Source of the DNA: Calditrichaceae bacterium
Lineage (GTDB): Bacteria > Calditrichota > Calditrichia > Calditrichales > JBFXGD01
Length of the DNA stretch: 64,000 nucleotides
Assembly: GCA_050173015.1 (NCBI GenBank)
Contig: JBFXLE010000013.1
Span: forward strand, 1-64,000
Direction: 5' to 3'
The notes beneath the pieces were generated by a model. The model saw only the letters and a list, made by a program, of their open reading frames with translations, searched no databases and was not told the origin of the DNA. Positions 57,822-64,000 of the stretch are shown in pieces (the stretch's first letter is position 1; each line of letters begins with the position of its first letter). A program made the position numbers and the translations under genes.

Positions 57822-57950
57822 TTTTAAGGGTAGATAGTTTCTCTTGAATTAGGATCGGCTCTCTCGGTCGGGTATCACCTTCCAAATTAAATAAATTTTT
57901 CTTTTTATTCAGCATTTCTTATATTGATCACTTTTTTAGGAGGGTCTCAA

Positions 57951-58955
57951 TTGAACTCAAAAAATTTACCGTCAAAATATCCCCAAAAAATTTATGAATT
58001 TATTGTCTCGAATAATAATTTTCTGTTATCCGCGCATATGAATGCCGATGGAGACGCGATCGCATCCGTAGTTGCGGTCAGTCTGTTACTTGATTCTTTA
58101 AAAAAAAACTATATCATGGTGTTTCATGATCAGAAGGTGGATCTTAAATACCAATATTTGAAAAACTCCGACCGGATCATGCATTACGAAGAAAATGTTG
58201 ATTTTGGGAAATATTTGCCATCGGGGAAAATTGAGAGCGCCATCATTCTCGATGTCCCCGGCTATAAGAGACTCGGCGATGTTTCAGCGCTTCTTCCCGA
58301 TAGAAAAAATGTTGTCAAAATTGATCATCATCCCATCGAGGATGTGATGGGCGAGATCGATTGGATTGATGAAAGCGCATCATCGACAACAGCAATGTTT
58401 TATGAAGTCATCGATATCTCAGAAATGGATATAGATGTTGAGCTTGCCAAGGCTGTTTTTACAGGTATTGTTTATGATACCGGCCGTTTTTCATTTTCGA
58501 ATACCTCCGCCAGAGATCTTTATATCTGCTCCAGGATGGTGGAAAAAGGAGCAAAGCCCGATGAAATTACCGACAGGCTGTTTTTTCAAAACAGCATCGC
58601 TGCTCTCAGAACAATAGGAAAGGGGCTGAATTCTCTTGAATCTCACCTGGACGGCCTTGTGAGTGTTGTTTATCTGAGTAATGAAGATCTGACCGGAAAT
58701 AACCAGAGTGAAATAGAGGAACTTGCTAACTACAGCGTGGCGATTAAAGGCAGTAAAATTGGACTTTTTATTCGCGAAGCTCAGCCCGGATTTCATAAAG
58801 TCAGTTTTCGATCAAAATGTGATGTCGATGTCAATGTGGTTGCCAAAGCTCTAAACGGAGGCGGTCATGCGCGCGCCGCAGGCGCAAGACTGACCGGCAC
58901 AAAAGATGAGATCATTAATAAAATCCTACTGGAAATAAAAAAACAGATAAAATAA
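57951..58955 (+). CDS. nrnA: DHH/DHHA1 phosphoesterase (NrnA-like)
   Basis: H.NADGDA, ILD, IDHH, DTGRF, SFRS, GGGH..AAG; TTG start after AGGAGG. Confidence 0.88.
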   Translation: MNSKNLPSKYPQKIYEFIVSNNNFLLSAHMNADGDAIASVVAVSLLLDSLKKNYIMVFHDQKVDLKYQYLKNSDRIMHYEENVDFGKYLPSGKIESAIILDVPGYKRLGDVSALLPDRKNVVKIDHHPIEDVMGEIDWIDESASSTTAMFYEVIDISEMDIDVELAKAVFTGIVYDTGRFSFSNTSARDLYICSRMVEKGAKPDEITDRLFFQNSIAALRTIGKGLNSLESHLDGLVSVVYLSNEDLTGNNQSEIEELANYSVAIKGSKIGLFIREAQPGFHKVSFRSKCDVDVNVVAKALNGGGHARAAGARLTGTKDEIINKILLEIKKQIK

Positions 58956-58976
58956 GCCGGATCAGCGATCCACAGG

Positions 58977-59014
58977 TGTACCATACAGTACACTTTGCCG
59001 TACGGTCCGGTACA
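58977..59014. promoter_or_regulatory. Tandem palindromic sites YGTAC-N6-GTACA (candidate enhancer/UAS)
   Basis: TGTAC-CATACA-GTACA (58977-58992) and CGTAC-GGTCCG-GTACA (58999-59014), 22 bp apart. Confidence 0.6.
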
Positions 59015-59101
59015 ATATAGCCCGCCCATCTTCTATCTTCCTTATACATCAACTTCCATAAATGTTTGTATTTACTGAATTTAAATTCCTGTAAGAATTG
59101 T

Positions 59102-59117
59102 TGGCACGGATTCTGTA
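59102..59117 (+). promoter_or_regulatory. Sigma-54 promoter candidate
   Basis: TGGCACGGATTCTGTA: perfect -24 TGGCACG, GT variant at -12. Confidence 0.65.
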
Positions 59118-59215
59118 TAATATTCCGGCAGCATAGCAAATACCCAATGGATTAGTTCCGCGGGCCCGGAAAATATCCTATCATTTATCATCAAATCAGA
59201 TATGGGAGATTTAAA

Positions 59216-60193
59216 ATGAAGAAAATATTATTTATTATGTCCGGTATCGCGATGTTGTATTTCGCGGGTTGTCAAAATTCCAATGATCCTTCATTGTCGG
59301 GTGTTGAGGAAAGCGCGAATAATGAAGCGATTGAATATATCCTCGAACAGGATTCGGTTGATGTTCTTTTTGATCCGATTGATGATGGTTCCGAAGAAAA
59401 TTTTGGCGATGAACCGGACTGGATGGCCGCAAAGATTACTGATACGAGCGCGGACAGCGTTTCTTACCGGTTTGGAAGAATCGGAACCCGACCGGTTGAG
59501 CGATCAATTCAAATTATATATGATACGGATACGACCGCGACAGCCTATATCTACAAGAAACTTGAAGGCAAGTTTATAGTCATCAAAAAAGAAATTCTGC
59601 CTGACACGGTACAATTGACAAGATATGAAAAACCGATGATTCATGAAACCAACAAAATCGTTCATCTGAAAAAAATCCGTAATACCGACCAACCGCGGCT
59701 GAACTGGAAAATCAGCGATATATCGCTTGCCGAAGGAAATTCACCCGATAATACTGTAAGGATTGTGGAATTGACCATTATGCCTTCAGACCAGGATGAA
59801 GTAGTGATTACCGATCCTCTTGATTACTGGTTAAACGGCGTCAACGTATTTACTTTCCCGAGATGGACCGATGTCAAGCTTCGCGCTGTGGTGGAAAACA
59901 GTTCGGCAAATAAGATAGAATACCCTCAAGGTACCGGAGCCACCGAGAAAGTGCTGCTTCATTACGGGCGGAATCGCAGAGGTAATCATGCAAGATCGCC
60001 ATTGTTTTGGGTAGGTCAGGATGAAAATGGTAACAATATCTATGAAGGCAGCTGGACAGTGAAACAGTTTGCCGGTTATCATCATGCCATCATTGATGTG
60101 ATAGATAACGGCACAATTCTGGAAAATGACGGCGACACATTCCCCTACAATTCAAATACATGGTCGACACCATATCGTGTCACGAATTTTTAA
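59216..60193 (+). CDS. Hypothetical lipoprotein (beta-rich)
   Basis: GGAG RBS, lipobox FAGC, 325-aa ORF followed by a terminator. Confidence 0.8.
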   Translation: MKKILFIMSGIAMLYFAGCQNSNDPSLSGVEESANNEAIEYILEQDSVDVLFDPIDDGSEENFGDEPDWMAAKITDTSADSVSYRFGRIGTRPVERSIQIIYDTDTTATAYIYKKLEGKFIVIKKEILPDTVQLTRYEKPMIHETNKIVHLKKIRNTDQPRLNWKISDISLAEGNSPDNTVRIVELTIMPSDQDEVVITDPLDYWLNGVNVFTFPRWTDVKLRAVVENSSANKIEYPQGTGATEKVLLHYGRNRRGNHARSPLFWVGQDENGNNIYEGSWTVKQFAGYHHAIIDVIDNGTILENDGDTFPYNSNTWSTPYRVTNF

Positions 60194-60211
60194 AACACTG
60201 AACATATTCAA

Positions 60212-60245
60212 GGCGCGTGGCCCAGATGCCGCGCGCCATTTTTTT
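60212..60245 (+). terminator. Intrinsic terminator after the lipoprotein gene
   Basis: ggcgcgtggc/gccgcgcgcc stem plus T run. Confidence 0.75.
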
Positions 60246-60347
60246 GTTTGATTTATGTAGTGTAATTTAAGAAATGAATGAAATTGCAATTAAATGGAGA
60301 ATGGCTTAAACTTAAAATCAGATACTGTTTTCAGTGAAAGATTAAGG

Positions 60348-61844
60348 ATGAAAATAAAATATTTTATATTACTGCTCGTGTTCGCGGTAAATCTAAACGG
60401 ACAGACCACTGATGCCCAGGAAGTCCGGGACAGGCTGCAAAAACTCGCTTTGAAAATCACGACAATAAGATCACAGGCGATTAGATACAATAATCAGGCG
60501 GCGATTGAAAAAATAGAAAATGCACAGCAGGAATATGTGCTCGCATTTGATTTTCTCCGACAGGATCCTCCGGATTTGCTCAAGGCCAAATTTCACTTCC
60601 TGAATGCCGACCGGCTTGCCAATCAGGCGGCTAAACTTGTACTATATGAACCTCTTTCCAGATTAAAAAAAGAACTCGATCAGATGATGCACCGGGCGGA
60701 ACTGGCGGTGCATCGCTCGGGGAGTGACGAAGCGCGGTATTTTCTGACAAAAGCAGGGGCGTTCAGGAATAAAGCAGAAGAAGAATTCAGAAACGGCCGG
60801 CCTATTCGCAGCCAGGAACTTGCGCGGATTTCATATTATTTTGCCCAGAAAACGATTGATATAGCGGAGGGTAATTTAAATACCGGTATAACGGATAATG
60901 ATTATGAAGATAAATTAATCAATATCGAAAACTTGTATAGCGAAGTTGCCGGCAGCATGGAAAAGAACACGGATCTGGATGATTTATTGAAAAAATCACG
61001 GCTGTTTATAGATAAATCATCAAAACTGTATGAACAGGGTTCGGTGAGACAAGCGTTGGTTCAATTACAGATAAGTGAACGTCTTTTATATCGCGCGCTG
61101 GATATTAGCCAGAGTAAGGGAACAAACCGCGAGAACGAGTACAAAATCAATTTATATTCATTAAGACGATATATTGAAGCCGTGGAGTCCGGTTTTTCAG
61201 AAAATACTCCCGCGCGTGCCGGTGAGTTTCTCCGCAAAGCAAAGCAATTTTATCTGGGTGCTGAGAAAGCATTGGATTCAAAAAAATATAAGGAATTTGA
61301 GAGCAACGTCGCCTTGTCCAATCGTTTTGCAGGCAAAGCGCTGCAGCTGAGTACTGCCGAGACCGATGATGATTTTGAAAATATACCGGACCGGCTTAAT
61401 GAGATCGGGCAGATTTTCCGGCTACAGAATGCAAAAGCAGTTAATTCGGGGAATACAATTGTAATTTTTTTTAATGAAGAGGCGGGAAGAAATCTAAATA
61501 TGGCCCGGCGCGCTTATGCAAACGGTAACAGTGTGAAAGCCCTGGTACGGCTGCAAATAGCGCTTCGCTTCATAAATCGCGCTGAATACATGCTGGGCAG
61601 GCAGGAAGACTCCGAACTCAGCGACATGGACTTTGAAGGATTCATAAACCGTTATAATGATATACTTGATAGATTAAAACAAAATCGGGAAATCGACAGC
61701 AGAATGGTTTCAATGATAGAAGCCATAGAAGATATGCTGGATATTCTGGTAATGAATTACAGAAAGGGAGATATCGGGACTGCTTCTGAACTTGCAAATA
61801 TTATTCAAAGCCAGGTGAATGAATTGTTGAAAAAAAGCCGTTGA
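60348..61844 (+). CDS. Exported all-helical repeat protein
   Basis: Signal peptide MKIKYFILLLVFAVNLNG; about six degenerate 75-80 aa helical repeats. Confidence 0.75.
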   Translation: MKIKYFILLLVFAVNLNGQTTDAQEVRDRLQKLALKITTIRSQAIRYNNQAAIEKIENAQQEYVLAFDFLRQDPPDLLKAKFHFLNADRLANQAAKLVLYEPLSRLKKELDQMMHRAELAVHRSGSDEARYFLTKAGAFRNKAEEEFRNGRPIRSQELARISYYFAQKTIDIAEGNLNTGITDNDYEDKLINIENLYSEVAGSMEKNTDLDDLLKKSRLFIDKSSKLYEQGSVRQALVQLQISERLLYRALDISQSKGTNRENEYKINLYSLRRYIEAVESGFSENTPARAGEFLRKAKQFYLGAEKALDSKKYKEFESNVALSNRFAGKALQLSTAETDDDFENIPDRLNEIGQIFRLQNAKAVNSGNTIVIFFNEEAGRNLNMARRAYANGNSVKALVRLQIALRFINRAEYMLGRQEDSELSDMDFEGFINRYNDILDRLKQNREIDSRMVSMIEAIEDMLDILVMNYRKGDIGTASELANIIQSQVNELLKKSR

Positions 61845-63382
61845 GTAGTAATTGCATGATTAAATCAATCCGTATGTTCATGTTATTGACTTTTGCGGCT
61901 CTGACCGGGCAACTGGCAGCCCAAAGCAACCCATCCCATAACTATCAACTCCTTCTTGAGGAAATCAGCTTCTTCCAACAATATTATCCATTGGAAAACA
62001 ATACTCAGGCGCTGCTTGACTCTGCCGCAGCCTATGCAGAGAGCAGTGATTTTGATATGGCTTCGGTTTTTCTTGAACAGATTGTCTCAAAAATAACAAC
62101 AGAGCACACGATAGCGGCGCCCGAAGACGAAAAATCTATTATTATGAATTCTGATCAATATGACCGGTTTGAATGGATGGTCAGATCGGGGATTGATTTT
62201 AATCGCCAGGAATTTGAAATTAATTATGTAGAAAACGATTCGCTTCTCATAGAAGAGATACAAAAGCCATTTATTGGACTGGAAACACGGTATTGGCTTT
62301 TCCGAAAACCCGGCGGCGCGGGTTTGATGGTTAAAAATAATTTCCGGTATGATGAAGAAAGCCTTGAGGAGACACTGGAAATCAGGCATATTTTTTCCGG
62401 CTTAAATTTAAACGGGTATACAGAATTCGGATTCAGTTATGACAGAAACAATGTATATGAAGATCTGGGATATTTGGAGACCAGCGGAATACAGTATCTG
62501 AGCTGGAATATTACACCTGCATATCAGTTACAATTAGATAATACCATCCGGTACAAAAAATATAAAAACGCGTCCGAAAGCATCCCTGATTTTGTAAAAA
62601 ACACACTAAGTCTGAATTTATATCATTTTAACAGATCCGGAAGATCGATAAATTACTATTATAACGCGGATTTGAATGAAAGTCTAAAATACTCAAATAA
62701 TGATTTTTTAGAACAGAATATTAAATTGTCATTCGGTAATTGGCTTACAAATTCTTTCAATAATGAATTAAGTCTGGGTTTCCGTCACAATCGTTATGAA
62801 TATTCGTTTGACGGGAGTGTGACACATAACCAGTCGAGATTGTTTTCCGCGGGGACGGAAGCCGCTTTCTTATTGATGAAGAATTTGTTTTGGGAATCGG
62901 AATACGTTCTGGATTATAAAAATTATTCGCAAAAATCAGGACAGGAACCGGATTACATAAGGCATCAGTTTGAATCGGTGGTAAAAAAATATTTTAATGA
63001 TAATTTTGATTTTCAATTGGGTTACCTGTTTGAATCAAGGCATCATTTCAATAATGCAAATGCCGGGGAAGTCTATGTGGATGAGCAAAATTATACGGGT
63101 AACGGAGTCACTACGGGGTTTGATTATACGGGAAAAGAAAATACATTCATTTCCTTAAGTGCCTCTTATACATGGCGAAGATATCCTCACGCGCAGGATG
63201 CGGCATTATCAGTTTATTCGGATCGTAATGTGTTTAGTCTTTTTGTAATCGGGCAGATCCCGGTTGCGGGGAATGTTACCGCGAATGTTTTTGCTTCCTA
63301 TGACAACGATCAGGATAAAGACAGGGACAGAAATGATACCAGAAGCGCGTTTTTTACATTCGAAATCGAATATAAGTTTTGA
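61841..63382 (+). CDS. Putative outer-membrane beta-barrel protein
   Basis: Signal peptide, Tyr/Asn/Phe-rich alternating beta strands, C-terminal FEIEYKF beta-signal; overlaps the upstream stop codon. Confidence 0.72.
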   Translation: MSSNCMIKSIRMFMLLTFAALTGQLAAQSNPSHNYQLLLEEISFFQQYYPLENNTQALLDSAAAYAESSDFDMASVFLEQIVSKITTEHTIAAPEDEKSIIMNSDQYDRFEWMVRSGIDFNRQEFEINYVENDSLLIEEIQKPFIGLETRYWLFRKPGGAGLMVKNNFRYDEESLEETLEIRHIFSGLNLNGYTEFGFSYDRNNVYEDLGYLETSGIQYLSWNITPAYQLQLDNTIRYKKYKNASESIPDFVKNTLSLNLYHFNRSGRSINYYYNADLNESLKYSNNDFLEQNIKLSFGNWLTNSFNNELSLGFRHNRYEYSFDGSVTHNQSRLFSAGTEAAFLLMKNLFWESEYVLDYKNYSQKSGQEPDYIRHQFESVVKKYFNDNFDFQLGYLFESRHHFNNANAGEVYVDEQNYTGNGVTTGFDYTGKENTFISLSASYTWRRYPHAQDAALSVYSDRNVFSLFVIGQIPVAGNVTANVFASYDNDQDKDRDRNDTRSAFFTFEIEYKF

Positions 63383-63775
63383 CCACCTGAGTCTGTGATT
63401 TAATTAAGTAGAGTGATCAACTGAAACTATAATAGTAATCAATCGTACAATTTAAATAGAATGGGATTATGACTTTGTCTTCTTATCTGATCAAAGTTTA
63501 AATATTATAATTAACTTGATTTCAAATAAGTAGATTAATATATTCCAAGTGTTTTAAGTTTTCTGCCGTCAGTTAAAATTAGACTAAAGTTTTAAGCCTT
63601 CAAGACTTTATTTATTTTATTATTACGGTTCTCTTTTTATCGGAAAATTTTGTTTCAAGTTCAGTAGTCATCTGAAATACTAAAATATCGTGAATACATT
63701 TTCAGCAATGTTCAATTTAAGTCTGCGGGATTACTGTGTTCTAAAAGATGTTTTTAATCTTCTTAGGAGTTTCTA

Positions 63776-64000
63776 ATGGAATTAATTAATCTCTTTCTTC
63801 TTTCAGCTTATTTGAAGAAGTGGTCATATGGAGATGGCCGGATTTCAATAAATTATTCTTATTGTACAGAGCATGGATATGACCGGCACCATATTGATAT
63901 GCGAATCGGATCGCCCGGAAATATGGTAAACGAAATAATGAACAATGTTTTTTACAGGGCCAAGGAAAAGATTTTTGCTGACCAGAACGGCTCTGATGAT
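63776..64000 (+). CDS. Hypothetical protein, truncated by the window end (MELINLFLLSAYLKKWSYGDG...)
   Basis: AGGAG RBS, ATG at 63776, 75 codons open to the edge; absent from the ORF track because it has no stop. Confidence 0.55.
   Translation, partial: MELINLFLLSAYLKKWSYGDGRISINYSYCTEHGYDRHHIDMRIGSPGNMVNEIMNNVFYRAKEKIFADQNGSDD

Noticed and set aside
63383-63775. AT-rich 390-bp intergenic region as an ncRNA or riboswitch
   Set aside because: Only weak AT-rich hairpins and no recognisable riboswitch consensus

Overview
Gene-dense, moderately AT-rich chromosomal window from a diderm bacterium. Gene content (PorV/PorQ-like barrel, archaeal-type ProS, bshA/bshC, Bacteroidota-like SPT) suggests an FCB-related lineage such as Calditrichota; this is an inference. 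Much of it is housekeeping: ABC exporter, amiC-murI-porV-obgE-dprA, EF-G2, hutI, mtgA-bamA-trkH-trkA, proS, gap-pgk-tpiA-secG, tRNA-Arg(CCG) and tRNA-Leu(GAG). No CRISPR array, integrase or transposase was seen. The most unusual locus is a minus-strand operon at 8968-16367 behind a sigma-54-type promoter. It encodes a Tat-exported HybA-like FeS protein, an NrfD/HybB membrane subunit and a 13-heme cytochrome with no catalytic subunit. These are followed by a heme-c-motif histidine kinase with a Cys-rich insertion in its ATPase domain and two receiver proteins whose output is a GcvH-like domain lacking the lipoyl lysine. The operon is divergent from nfnAB. Other points of interest: a candidate spt-bCerS-cerR ceramide cluster; a methyltransferase-bshC pair (possible N-methyl-bacillithiol); an MDH with a 5-residue active-site-loop insertion; a second sigma-54 promoter with tandem palindromic sites ahead of three unknown envelope genes; and a repeat-rich intergenic region at the window start. 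All calls come from reading motifs by eye, with no database searches.
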